A stretch of 64,000 nt of DNA from the human T2T-CHM13v2.0 reference genome, Homo sapiens: assembly GCF_009914755.1 (NCBI RefSeq), contig NC_060943.1. The stretch is one strand, 5' to 3'. This document shows, piece after piece, positions 16,820-33,216 of the stretch. Under the pieces are notes generated by a model. The model was given only the letters and a program-made list of their open reading frames with translations, was not told where the DNA came from and did no database searches. The position numbers were made by a program, and so were the translations under genes. Position 1 is the first letter of the stretch; each line of letters starts with the position of its first letter.

Positions 16820-17607
16820 TAATAGAGACTTCGAGAGGCAGAGCGTAAAACACACACACCCCAAGAGGAGAAAATAGTCAACGGAAAATTCCAGAAACAT
16901 GGAGACATGGAGGCAGAGACACCAGAGACAGCCAGGGAAACAGAAGAGCCAGGTTTTGTACACGTGACAAAGACTGGGAGACAGAGACTAGGAGACTGAA
17001 CTGCAGAGAAGCCGCAGGATAAAGAAAAGGATCCATCTATTCAGTGAATAAGGGGCCAGGTCCCATGCTGTGGGCTGGGGATATTCTAGTTGGAGCGATG
17101 GAGTTGGGCAAGAGACAAAAATCCCTGCCCTTCTGGTACTTTCTGACTGGACAGAAAGATTGACGTTAAAAGAACAAGCTCACAGGTAGTTCCCTACAAC
17201 TGTGCAAAGAGGGGCAGGTGAGAAATCCAGGAGAGCCAGAATCACACCCAGGTGGCCAGGGGTATTTTAATGGACCCCAATTGTATTTTATTTAGTCTTT
17301 ATTTTTTTGAGACAGGGTCTTACTCTGTTGCCCAGGCTGGAGAGCAGTAGTGCGATCTTGGCTCCCTGCAACCTCCAACTCCTGGGTTCAAGAGATTCCC
17401 CCACCTCAGCCTCCCAAGTAGCTGGGACTACAGGTGTGTGCCACTATGCCCACCTAATTTTTGTATTTGTAGTAGAGATGGGGTGTCACCATGTTGGCCA
17501 GGCTGGTCTCGAACTCCTGACCTCAAGGAGGCTGAGGTGATCTGCCCACCTCGGCCTCCCAGAATGCTGGGATTACAGGCATGAGCCACCACACCCAGCC
17601 AAATTGA

Positions 17608-17838
<231 letters not shown>

Positions 17839-19902
17839 TGAACTCCCGACCTCAGGTGATCTGCCTGCCTTGGCCTCCCAAAGTGCTGGGATTACAGGTG
17901 TGAGCCACGGTGCCTGGTCTGACCCCAGTTTTAAACAGGGGTTGTTCCCCACACAGTTAGGTTTCCAGCTTCCACTGGAACACCGGAAGAGGTGAGCCCA
18001 TGTTTCCATTGGCAGACGGCCACCCCTCTTGGATGGGGCTTTGCTGCCCAGGTTTGCCCCAAACCCTGCCACTCTCTGCTGCCTCATCCCTAGCACTGTC
18101 TTTTGCTTGTTTTGCCTGCCTGGTCCCAGTAGGTGTGTGAGTTTGAGACCCTTGGTTGGGGAGCTGTAGACAAGAACAGAGTGCTTAAGAACACAGGCTC
18201 TGCCTTTAGGCTGCCTGAGACATGCTCCACGACTTCCTGGATGGGTGACTTTGGGCAATGGACTTCACATCTCCAAGCCTCAGTTTTCTCATCCTTTGAA
18301 ATGGGGTTATCACGATACCCGCCTCATGGGGCCATTGTGAGGATACTGTGAGATCATACATGAGAAAAACACATAACCCTGGTGCCTGGAACATGGGGTG
18401 GCTGGTTAAGTGATAGCTGTTACAGGATTCGAGAGCATGGACTCTGGGCCATTGCGCTGCTGATGCTTGGTGGATGCTGTTGAGTGAGTGACTTCACCTT
18501 TCTGTGGCCTCAGTTTCCTCATGTGGAAAATGGGAGACATAATAGTGTCTATCTCATAGGTAAATTATTCAGAAAGGCATCCAGCACAGAGTAAGCACAC
18601 TCTTAACAGCTCTTTCACCGGTAGTTATTTAAACATGTATTGTGAAATACATTCTTGCAACTTCTTTCTCACTACTTATTCTAGAAACAGAGACTCGGAG
18701 ATCTGAAAGTGGAACAGCATCAAACACACACATCACCCAGAAACCTAGAACGTTAGAGCTTGCAAGAAGCTCAAAGAAGCTCAGGCCTAATCTGAAACCT
18801 ATTAACAGAACCCAGTTCCAATGTAACAAATGCTTATTGAGCACCTACTATGTGCATGCCCTTCACTGGACGTTTAGAATCCAAGACTGATCTCGGCTCT
18901 TGAACAGTTCAGAACTTAATGGGGTAGACAAAGACCAAAAAACAAAAAAAAATTATAGATAGTGGCCCATAGTAGTGAGAGTGAGATTGAGGGGGAGATG
19001 AGAGGAGGATACAAAGGGAGTGGTCAGCTCCACCTGAAAGCTTACTGGGTGGTTCTGGAAGGCTTCCTGGAAGAGGTAACCAGTAAGCAGAACCTTGAAG
19101 AATTTTGTTGATATGTTTATGTATGTATAGTATGTGAGCTAACAGACACACTAGGTTTACTATGTGCAGGTACTGTCCCAAGTGCTCTACAAATATCAGA
19201 GACAGCCAAGGAGCAGGAGAGACAGGACTATGGAGGGGGCGAGGACAGGGCCCTGGGTACACTCCTGGGACTGGGTAGATGATGAGATGGTCTCTGAATG
19301 GGGAGTGCGGGAGCAGGTGGTTGATGAGCCGGTTCAGGAACGATATCTTGGAGCCGTCATGTCTAGCTCCCTCACTCTCTCGAGCTGCTCAAAGCAGAGC
19401 CTCTCCAGTGCCACAGCCCAGGGACAGCCCATGGGCCGAGGTCAGGCTGGAGAAGTTAGTGTGTAAGGAAAGGCAGGACATGAGGCTGCAGTGGTGTCAA
19501 GGGCTGGATCTGGCAGGGCTGAGTACAGGAGTTGGGACTTTATCTGGGGGTGGTGGGAGCCCTAGAAGGCTGTGAGTAGGGTCAGTTCTGGGTGGAGGAA
19601 GATCCCTCTGGGGCCGTGTGGGAGACGATGTGGGGGAGAGAGAAGGGATATGAAGGAGGAGGCTGGGGCTGAGGGTGCAAGGAACCAGACAAGAACTTTC
19701 TTCCTGTCCACTCCTTCCCCCTTGCCAGAGGTTACACAGTGACTCTCTCGAAGTCACCACTGCTGCAGCTTCAGCTCTCCAGCTCCAGTTCCTCCCCCAT
19801 CCCTCTCTCTCAGAACTTCCCTCCCTGGAACAGAATTGCTCAGCCTTTCTCAATACACACCGGCCGTTGAAAACATAAAGATCTTGAAAACCTGAACGAT
19901 CA

Positions 19903-20190
<288 letters not shown>

Positions 20191-21908
20191 CTATCTCAAA
20201 AAAATGAATAAATGGGTAAGTGGAAGGCAAATCAAAGCAAAGCAACGGGTCCTTGAAAAAAAGTTTAAAAAAATAGCAGGTACTATTTCTGCATTGTTTA
20301 CTATGCACTAGCCCATTTCTAACCACTTTACATAATTTAATCCTCTTATTTAGCCCTCTCTACAAGCCTGAGAGACTAGTATTACTATTGGCCCCACTTT
20401 CCAGGTGAGAAAACTGAGGCACAGAATGCTTAAAGATTGTTCCTAGGATAACACAGCAGCTAAGAGGGAAAACCAGGGTCTGGACCCTCATTCTAGTTAC
20501 TAAGCCCATGATTTTAATTACCACCCTCCCGCCTTTCTTTCTCACTTTCTCTTTCTCTCTCCTTCCCTCATCTTTATTTCAATCATTCAACCCTCAGTGT
20601 GAGGGTTGACCGTGCCATGGATCCCCTAAAGATGTGTTGTTTCTGGGCACCAGCCTATCCATCCCTTCACCCAAGAGGTTTTTGGGAGCCCCTGCAATGT
20701 GCAAGGTGGTGGTTTTAGATGCTGGGATTTCTGTGGGGAGCGTACATTACAGATGGACATAAATAAAAATCCCAGCCGGGTGCGGTGGCTCACACCTGTA
20801 ATCCTAGCACTTTGGGAGGCCGAGGTGGGTGGATTGCCTGAGCTCAGGAGTTTGAGACCAGCCTGGGCAACATGGTGAAACTCCGTCTCTACTAAAATAA
20901 AAATTAAAAAAAAAAAATTAGCTGGGTGTGGCGGCGTGTACCTGTAATCTCAGCTATTCAGGAGGCTGAGGCAGGAGAATTGCTTGATCCTGGGAGGCGG
21001 AGGTTGCAGTGAGCCAAGATTGTGCCACTGGGGACAGAGTGAGACTCCGTCTCCAAAAAAATAAATAAATAAAAATTAAAAAAAAATAAAATTCCCTACA
21101 TGTGATGGACCATGCCCTAGCCAGGATATGGTCAGGGAAGACTTCCTGGAGGAGGCGATGCTGGCTGTGAGGCCTGAAAGATGAGTAGGAGTTGACTAGG
21201 TGAAAAGGGAGAGGAATGTTTTATGAAGGAGGGAAGAACTTACGATAGGTTGTGGCAATGGAAAAAATGTGGATGGGTAGGACGTGGTGATGGATGGTTT
21301 TGGTGGAATGGAGACCATATCCCAGAGTAGGTGTGCCAGGGTTTGTAGGTTACATCGTGGGATTTAGTCACTGAATCATCACACACTTACTGAATACCTC
21401 CAGACGCCAGGTACTATTCTAGGTGCTGAGGATACAGAGATAAACAAAATAGACAAAAATTCCTATCCATGTGGAATTTACATTTAGCGGGGGGATGACA
21501 TTATTCCTCCAGACAGGTGGAGAGAAATTGGAAAAATGGCGTGTTGAAGCACCAGTAGGTGGTTATGTGAGATTCTGGGCCCCTGCAGAGGAGATGCCCT
21601 ATTCTCTGGCAAGATTCATGGCTTCACAGAAGAGGTGACCTACCCGGAGCAAGGGGCTGTCCTAGGGCCTGAAACACCTAGGCTGAAGGAAGTCAGACAA
21701 GGATTTCACAAAAGCCCACGAATTATTCTAGAAAAATGTACGGGGTGGCATACCGTGAACTTGCAATCTTGATAAATCAAACATGGCTGCACGCGGGGAT
21801 TTCCTTTGCTTCCACCTGATACCACATGGTGGCTGTATGTTTATTTTATTCATATTTATTTGTACATTGAATAATTTTCTAAATGTGCATTATTTTTGTA
21901 TTTTTTGA

Positions 21909-22013
<105 letters not shown>

Positions 22014-22016
22014 TGA

Positions 22017-22202
<186 letters not shown>

Positions 22203-22517
22203 TGAGGCATAAAGTCTCAAACTCTGTATGTTGATTCTTAAAATCTAGCAGGCTCCTGCGTTTTTCTTCACCTCGTGCATGTAGGAAAAAAGGGGTGTGT
22301 CAAGGATGCCCTTCTGGTTTAACAAAGAAAATTTTTAAGCATTTATACTGGTGGATTTAAGCATTTCTCTGGGTGGATCCTGGGGAGAATCACCCAGTTG
22401 GGGGGCCATTTGGAAAAAGCATAGGAGGGCTTTTAGGGGGTGTGTTACTGGGGTATTTACTACCTGGGAGCCAGGGTTTCTTAACTACATACCAGGCCCC
22501 GGGCAGTCTGTGTTACA

Positions 22518-23018
22518 AGGGTCAGCAAACTAGGAAGCCCTTGGACCAATCCCAACCTGCAGCCTACTTTTTTTTTTCTTCTTCTTCTTGAGACAGAGTC
22601 TCGCTCTGTCGCCCAGGCTGGAGTGCAGTGGCGCGATCTCGGCTCACTGCAACCTCCACCTCCTGGGTTCAAGCGATCTCCTGCCTCAGCCTCCTGAGTA
22701 GCTGGGACTATGGGCGTGTGCCACCGCACCTGGCTAATTTTTGTATTTTTAGTAGAGACAGGGTTTCCCCACGTTGGTCAGACTGGTCTCGAACTCTTGA
22801 CCTCGTGATCTGGCCACCTCAGCCTCCCAAAGTGCTAGAATTACAGGCGTCAGCCACCACGCCCAGCCTGTAGCCTATTTTTATAAATGAAGTTTTATTG
22901 GAACATAGCCATGCCTGGTCATTTACATACGTCTATGGCTTCGTTTGCAATATAGCAACAGAATATATTAAACATTTACTACCTGGCCCTTTGCAGAAAA
23001 TGTTTGACAGCTCCTGCT
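22518..23018 (+). mobile_element. MER58A-like DNA transposon split by an Alu
   Basis: AGGGTCAGCAAAC ... AAGTTTTATTGGAACATAGCCATGCC ... CTGGCCCTTTGCAGAAAA. Confidence 0.7.
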
Positions 23019-23769
23019 GTATAAACATAAAATCTGCCAAAAAATGCTGATATTACCCCACATGGAGAAACACTGAACCCCTCTTCAGAAATCAGATGCC
23101 AATTTAAATATTACTATCAGAGAAATACACTCTGATTTTTTTTTCCTATTCCCTTTCTTTTATTTTCTTTTTTGAGACAAGGTCTTGCTCCGTTGCCCAG
23201 GCTGGAATATGATGGTGCCATCATAGCTCACTATAACCTCGGATTCCTGGGCTCAAGTGATCCTCTTGCCTCAGCCTCCCAGAATAGCTAGGACTATGGG
23301 TGTGTGCCACAATGCCTGACTACTTTTTTATGTTTTAATTTTTTGTAGAGAAGGGCTCTTGCTATGTTGCCCAGGCTGGTCTTGAACTCCTGGACTCAGG
23401 TGAAGTGATCCTCCTGCCTCAGCCTCCCAAAGTGCTGGGATGACAGGTGCTAGCCACTGCACCCGGCCCTATTTCATTTTCTACAGTGTTGGTTGCAACT
23501 CTCTACATTAATTTCATGTAATGGGCTATGCTGTGCAGTCTGAGAACCGCTGTCCTAGACAAACTCTTGCTCACACACATAAAGAGATGTATAAGAGAGT
23601 GTTGTATCACACGTTGGGGTGATTGAAGCATCATTCGTAACAGAGGAGAACTGGAAACACCATCATAGATGGCAGAGCCGTGGAGTGGAACATTCGGCAG
23701 CAGTAAAAGGAATGAAACTGAACAGTTTTGAAAATCCGAGTGAAAAGCCAGCTGCAAAGGCATCTGTAG

Positions 23770-24705
<936 letters not shown>

Positions 24706-25099
24706 CAATGCTCGGAAACAAAGAGTTTTCTTTTTCTTTTTTTCTTTTTTCTTTTTTTTTTTTTTTGCTTTGAGACAGGGTCTCGCTCTGTCACCCCAGG
24801 CTGGAGTGCAGTAGTGCGATCTCGGCTCACTGCAATCTCTGCCTCCCGGGTTAAAGCCATTCTCCTTCCTCAGCCTCCCAAGTAGCTGGAATTACAGGTG
24901 TAATCCCATTAGCCTATTATTAGCCAGCACGCCTGGCTAATATATATATATATATTTTTTTTTAGTAGAGACAGGGTTTCACCATGTTGGCCAGGCTGGT
25001 CTCAAACTCCTGATCTCAGGTGATCCGTCCCCCCTCAGCCTCCCAAAGTGCTGGGATTACAGGCGTGAGCCACCATGCCTGGCCAAAAACAAAGTTTTT

Positions 25100-25850
25100 T
25101 CGAAGTAGACTTTTAAAAAATGTAACACACATCCAGAAAAGTACACACATCATATGTGTGAAACTGAATGAATTTTCCCAAAAAAAAAATCAGAGGTAAC
25201 CAGCACCCAGAACAAGAAACAGAATATGTCCAGTCCCAAGAAACCTCCTGGTGCCCCCTCACAGGGTTAACCACTTAAGGGTAACCACTATCTAGCCTCC
25301 TAACGATAGAGGTTAACTTTGCCTGCTGTTGAACTTTATATAAATGGGAATTATATCAGTTTCTCTTTCATGTCTGGCTTCTTTCACTTGGTAGGTTTGT
25401 GAGATTCATCCGTGTTGTTGGAGGTTGTAATGGTGTGTTCATTCTTGGTGCTGATTAGTGTTTTATTTTAGGAATATACCACAACTTATTTTCTCACTCT
25501 ATTGTTGGATATTTAGGTTTCAAGTATTTGGCGAATACACATAGTGCTGCTATGAACATTCTCGTACACAGCTTTAGATGCCCATTTGTCTTGAGTGGCA
25601 CCACTGGGTCACAGGAGAGACATAAAATTTGCTTTAGTAGATACTGCCATGAAGTTTTCCAAAGTGCTTGTGCCATTTCACGTTCCCATCAGTGATGGGT
25701 GAGAGTTCCAGTTGCTCCACGTCCTCATCAACACTTGATGTTATCAGTCTCTTTTGTTTGACCATTCTGCTGATGTGTAGTGGCATTTCCTTAGGGTTTT
25801 AATTTGTTATGTCTTTGATGACTAATGAGTTTGAGTCCTTTTTCACGTAT
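25100..25850 (-). mobile_element. Old L1M fragment
   Basis: GAACTTTATATAAATGG, GCTGCTATGAACATTC, GAGAGTTCCAGTTGCTCCAC motifs. Confidence 0.7.
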
Positions 25851-26452
25851 ACAATGCTTTTAACACACAGAAACATACCTCCCATTGTTTATGGGTGCAT
25901 AAAAATATACATGGAATGCTAATAGATAATTTTGATAGTGGCTGCCTCTGGGGACAGAGGGAAGGAAGATAATCTGTTAGGGCAGCGTTCACAGAAGGCC
26001 TCAACTTTTGATGTTATTGCTAAACCAGAAGCAGATACAGGACTATCTGAAATTTTTTATTTCTAAAAAAAGTTAAGGTAAATACAATAAAACATTCACT
26101 CACTTTTGACAGAACTAAGGGTGGTAGGTATAGAATTTTAGTGAACACTTACTGCTTGCCATATTCCAGACACTGTGTAGGTGCTTTACCTATATTAACT
26201 CTTTTCATGCTCATGACGATCCTATGAGGAAGGTATGATGAGTAGGACCTTCCTTGTAACCTATGAGGAAACTGAGGCATAGAGACTTGAAGTGACTTGC
26301 CCCAGGTCACACAGCTGGCATATTCTTAGGGCCCTCTACTCTTCTCTATGCCTGAAACAATTCTTAGTTTAAAAAAAAAAAAAAAGGTGAGTGGAAAGGA
26401 AGAAGAGGGCAGCAGAGTGATGTGACCAGGGCGGTGGTGGTTCCTCCCACAG

Positions 26453-26765
26453 GCCTCCCCAGCCCGGCTGCCCCGCCTTCATCATCGTCAAGCTGAGCCC
26501 GCTGCGGGACCGCCTCGTGGTGACGGAGTGCCAGCTGACCCACTCACACCCGGCCTGCCCGCTGGAGTTCGCCTACTACTTCCGCCCGGGCCACCTGCTG
26601 GCCAACGCCTGCCTGCCGGTGCGCACCACCAACAAGATCTCCAAGCAGTTCGTGGCCCCAGCCGACGTGCGCCGCCTGCTGTCCTACTGCAAGGGCCGCG
26701 ACCACGGCGTCCTGGACGCCCTGCACGTGCTCGAGGGCCTCTTCCGCACCGACCCCGAGGCCAAG
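26453..26765 (+). CDS. ZSWIM9: ZSWIM9 exon 3 (aa 92-196; GCPAFIIVKL...CQLTHSHP...FRTDPEAK)
   Basis: Acceptor TTCCTCCCACAG|, donor AAG|GTGGGG. 313 nt; 275+313=588 nt restores phase 0. CpG-rich coding island. Confidence 0.92.
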
Positions 26766-27115
26766 GTGGGGTCTCGAGAGAGGCAGGCCGGGGGAGGGGG
26801 CGGGGGAAAGCCGCGCTGAAGACTCGTGGGTCATTCATGCCTTCATCCGCCCTCTCATCCCTTCACTCCTTTCCTCCATTCATCCGTTCATTCATTCAAT
26901 AAGTACTTACCGAGGCATTGGGGATGCAGCAGCAAACCAGACCCACGTGGTCTCTGTCCGCAGAGAGCTTACCTTCTAGGGTAGTGCTGCCCAGTAGAAC
27001 TTTCTTCCAGGATGGAAACGTTCTGTGATTCTGCACCCCCAGCCACAAGTGGCTACTGAGCACTTGAAATGTGTCCAGTACACTGAGGAACTGAATTAAT
27101 TAATTAATTAATTAA

Positions 27116-27365
<250 letters not shown>

Positions 27366-27689
27366 TGATCCGCCCGCCTCGGCCTCCCAAAGTGCTAGGA
27401 TTACAGGCGAGAGCCACCACGCCCGGCCTGAATTTATTCTAATTAATTGAAATTTAAATAGCCACCTATGGCTATTGGCTGCCTTGCAGAGGTAACTGCC
27501 AGAACGCCCCTGCAGTTCTGGCGGGAAAAACCAACAACTGACAAACACGTCCAAATATGATGTAACATCACTAGGGGCTGGCTGGGTGCTAGCAAGAAGG
27601 GGAGCCACAGTGATGACAAATGCTATGTAAGTTTTTTTTTTTTTAATCTTTTTTTTTTTGAGACAGGATCTCACTGTCACCCAGGCTGA

Positions 27690-27863
<174 letters not shown>

Positions 27864-29097
27864 TAGTCTTGAACTCCCAGACTGAAGCAGTCCTGCTTCG
27901 GCCTCCCAAAGTGCTGGGATTACAGGCATGAGCCACCACGCCAGGCCTACTTAAATTTTTTTTTTTTTTAATTGAACTGCACAAACAGAAAATGCACAAA
28001 TGATAAATACTTAGTTTGATGAATGTTCTCAAGGGGAGAACACACCTGAACCCACCATGCAGATGGAGAATTAGGAGAAGGAAGAGTGCTATGTCCTGTA
28101 ATGTGATGGAGCGATAAGTTATCATCAAGGAGAAAAAGGCCGGGGCCTGGAGCGGGACAGTTCTAAGGGTGCTGTTTGAATTGGTCAGGGAAGGTCTCTT
28201 TAGCAAATGATGGTGAAGCAGAGGAGATGGAACAGAGGCAAGGGACCCTCATTCTGTCATCAGAGGGAAGAGAATTCTAGGCAGAAGGAACAGCCAGTGC
28301 AAAGGCCCAGAGGCACGAGCAAGCTTGTGTTGGAGGAACAGTGAGGATGGCTGCTGCTCCATAAGGAATCTCTGCGGCTTTAATCCAACTTCAAGTTTGG
28401 GGTGAACTTGAAGTTTAAAGAGGAAAGAAAGATGAGAAAGTAGGGGAAGAACTGGTTTCTCCTCCTGGCTGTGCCTTTGTCTCCCTTGTGTGTGGAAGAG
28501 GTCCCAAGGCAGGGTAAAGTCGAGACTCAGCTCTGGCACACTCTTCCTGTCTTCATCTCATGCCCAGTAAGAAGCCCTGATTCAAGCCACCAGCCCAAGC
28601 CCAGGCCTCTGTCCCGACATAATAATAATTTTAGCTAATGTTTATCAAGCACTTACTATATGCCAGGCACTACCCTAAGTGCTTTACATACTATAACTCA
28701 TTTTCATCTCACCTGAGCCCTATGAGGAAATAGTCCACCATTCTCATCCCCATTTTACAGACAAGGAAACTGAAGCACAGAGAAGTCAAGTAACTGGCTC
28801 AAAGTCACACAGCTATTTAGTGACAGAGCTGGGCTTCGGACCCACACAGCCTGGATCCAGACCCATGACCTTCACCATGGGGACAAACACACATGCACTT
28901 CCTACTCCACTGGTCTTTGCTGATCTAGTAACTCTCCTCCACTACCCACCATGACATAAATAAGCCTCAGCTGTTCTTCCCTGAACCCACCCTCTGCAGG
29001 ATTGTCCCTGTGCAGAACAGCTCATTCATAGATCAGAGCCTTCCCTGGAAGGGGAGTTGTCTTTTCATTTTGAAGGCTGTCTTGGAATCTCGGCTAA

Positions 29098-29301
<204 letters not shown>

Positions 29302-29828
29302 TAATTTTTGTGTTTTTAGAAGAGACGGGGTTTCTCCATGTTGGTCAGGCTGGTCTTGAACTCCTGACCTCAGGTGATCCCCCCGCCTTGGCCTCCCAAA
29401 GTGCTGGGATTACAGGCATGAGCCACCGCGCCCAGCCCCTTAATGCTCTTGAAAGAAAGGAGGAAGAAGTTCTAGGACAGGAGAGACAGATTAGTGAAGC
29501 AACATTTAAATATTTACTTTTTGAATATGTCATACATTCACATGGTTCTAAAAAAGGTATGTGGTGAAAAGTCTTATCACATCCTGTCCCCCAGGTCCCC
29601 TCCCCTGCAGAGTTATTAGCAGCTTATAAATCATATCTCGCTTTCTATCCTATGGACCAGCACTGCCCGGTGGAACTTTCTACAATGATAGAAATGTTCC
29701 TTATCCAGGCTAGGCATGGTTACTCACACCTGTAATCCCAGCACTTTGGGACTCTGAGGCAGATGGATCACCTGATGGCAGGAGTTCGAGACCAGCATGG
29801 CCAACATGGCAAAACCTGATCTCTACTA

Positions 29829-30104
<276 letters not shown>

Positions 30105-31331
30105 TCATTTAATTTATCGAAATGTAAACAACCTAATGTAGCTAGTGGCTTCTGGATTGGACAGCGCAGCTCTGCACATATACAGGTCAATTTGCATGTC
30201 TGTATGTTTAACTTTAATTTTTAACTTTATTTCCTCTTTCTGCCCCGCCACCCCCCACCCCCAGCAAGCAGGGCAGCCTAGTGTACACGCTGTTTTTGTT
30301 TGTTTGTTTGTTCTTTGAGACAGGGTTTCACTCCTGTCACCCAGGCTGGAGTGCAGTGGCACGCTGTTGGCTCACTATAACCTCCACCTCCTGGGCTCAA
30401 GTGATTCTCCTGCCTCAGCCTCCTGAGTAACTGGGACTATAGGCATGCACCACCATGCCTGGCTAATTTTTGTATTTTTAGTAGAGACGAGGTTTCACCA
30501 TGTTGGCCAAGCTGGTCTCAAACTCCTGACCTCAAGTGATCCACTCACCTTGGCCTCCTGAAGTGCTGGGATTACAGGTCGGGGCCACCACACCCGGCCT
30601 GTACATGCTGTTTTGCATCTTGCTTTATACGTTGGGGAGTGCCAGATGTCACCATCTTTCGTTCTTCCTCTGGGGCTGGTCAAATCCCCCTGAGAAAACT
30701 CCTCTGGCCTCCTGGCGGGGGGTGAAGGCCAGGCTGCCAGGGCCAGGCTGCCAGCTTCTGGGAGCTGCAGGGGCAGAGGCAGGGAGCTGTCAGGCATTCA
30801 GCCAGCAAGACGCACTCAGTACCCACTTGGGGTTCAGAATCCCCCTCCCTCATCTTCAGATGGGCCAGATGTCCCCAAAGCCAGCGGCCCCTTTCTGTTT
30901 CACCCTGTCTACAGAATAAACCCCCAGTCACTGGGGGTGGGGGAAGAGTAAGGGGAGAGGGGAAACGAGATTTGGAGGTCTAGCTGCTGCTGAAACAGCC
31001 CTCAGTTCGTCTTTATTTTGCCTTCTGCAAAACTGGCCTGGTGTTGCCAGCTCCTTTTGAGGACTTTGCTACCGGTTCTCAGCATCCCTCAATTGCTGGC
31101 TTAGGATTCATGGGTTTTTAGGGGTGGGGTGGGATTAGCATGTCCAGCTGCTTTCCAGTTTCCAAAGTTCTGTCCCTATCATATTGCCTCTGATTTAAAA
31201 AAAAAAAAAAGCCATTTTAAAAAAAAGATGTAATTGAGGTTCAAGAGAGAGTGAAACTAGAGAGGTGTTCAATCCATCACTTTTACACAGAAATTTCACC
31301 TTTTTTTCACTTATAAAATCTAATGAAAGAG

Positions 31332-31728
31332 TTCTATATTATTATGTTAATAATACAGTAGTAATATAACAGTATAATGTAATAGATAATTAATATATTA
31401 TATTAATTATATATTATAATTATATATTATATTATATATATTATATATTATATATTAATTATATATATTATATATATTATATATTATATTATAATATATT
31501 ATATTATATATATTATATATTATATTATAATATATTATATTATATATATTATATATTATATTATAATATATTATATTATATTATATATATTATATATTAT
31601 ATTATTATTATATTATATTATATATATTATATATAATATTATATATATTATATATTATATATATAATATTATATATTATATTAATATTATAATATGTAAC
31701 GCATAACATGTAATATTAATAATATAAT
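31332..31728. repeat. ~400-bp (TATAT/ATATT)n AT-only low-complexity minisatellite
   Basis: Almost purely A/T between 31390 and 31695. Confidence 0.95.
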
Positions 31729-31805
31729 AGGTGCGATGGCTCACACCTGTAATCTCAGCACTTTGGGAGGCCGAAGCGAGAGGATCACTTGAGCCCAGGA
31801 GTTCA

Positions 31806-32093
<288 letters not shown>

Positions 32094-32912
32094 CTAGGTC
32101 AAGCAACAATCAGTCTTTCCACTTCCCAGCAGTCTTCCAAAGGAAGGATTATTTGTAAAAAGTGCCTGCACTTCCTGAGTTGGGTTGCTCTCTTGATCTT
32201 TGGAGGGGATCAGACAAGAAGGATGCGCCCAAAGCCACAAGGCATGATTTAAGGGCAAGACTGGGGGGCGACTTCACCCAGGGAGGTGTTAATACCTTTT
32301 TTTTTTTTTGAGATGGAGTCTCGCTCTGTCTCCCAGGCTGGAGTGCAGTGGCGCAATCTTGGCTCAGCACGACCTCCATCTCCCAGGTTCAGGTGATTCT
32401 TGTGCCTCAGCCTCTTGAGTAGCTGGGACTACAGGCGTGCGCCACCAGGCCTGGCTAATTTTGTGTGTGTGTGTTTTAGTAGAGATGGGGTTTCATCATG
32501 TTGGCCAGAATGGTCTCGATCTCCTGGCCTGGTGATCTGCCTGCCTCGGCCTCCCAAAGTGCTGGGATTACAGGCGTGAGCCACCGCACCCAACCTTTAA
32601 CACCTTTTATCACCTGCCCTGCCTGATGATGATGGGCTTTGGGGTCCAGTCACATCTCCATTCCCTCACTTGTGGCAGGCACCAGGGTAACCAGCAAGCA
32701 AGCCCTGAAAAGAGAGACCTTGCCCGGAAACGTTGCAGCGTTCTCTTACGTGTATGCTTTGCCTTCTGAGAATGGCGAGCATTGATGCAAGTGTATCCCT
32801 TTTAAGAATACTCAATGGGGCCAGGCGTGATGGCTCACACCTGTAAGCCCAGCACTTTGGGAGGCTGAGGCGGGTGGATCACGAGGTCAGGAGATCGAGA
32901 CCAGCCTGGCTA

Positions 32913-33216
<304 letters not shown>

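Noticed and set aside
19270-19440. Codon-like stretch on the minus strand (..DGSKISFLNRLINHLL..) next to an L2 remnant
   Set aside because: Contains an in-frame stop, has no splice sites I can support and matches no protein I recognise; a tblastx search would be needed.
21500-21850. Unique intronic patch with YY1-like AAAATGGCG and a possible cryptic exon
   Set aside because: Single short motifs and weak splice sites; not supportable from sequence alone.
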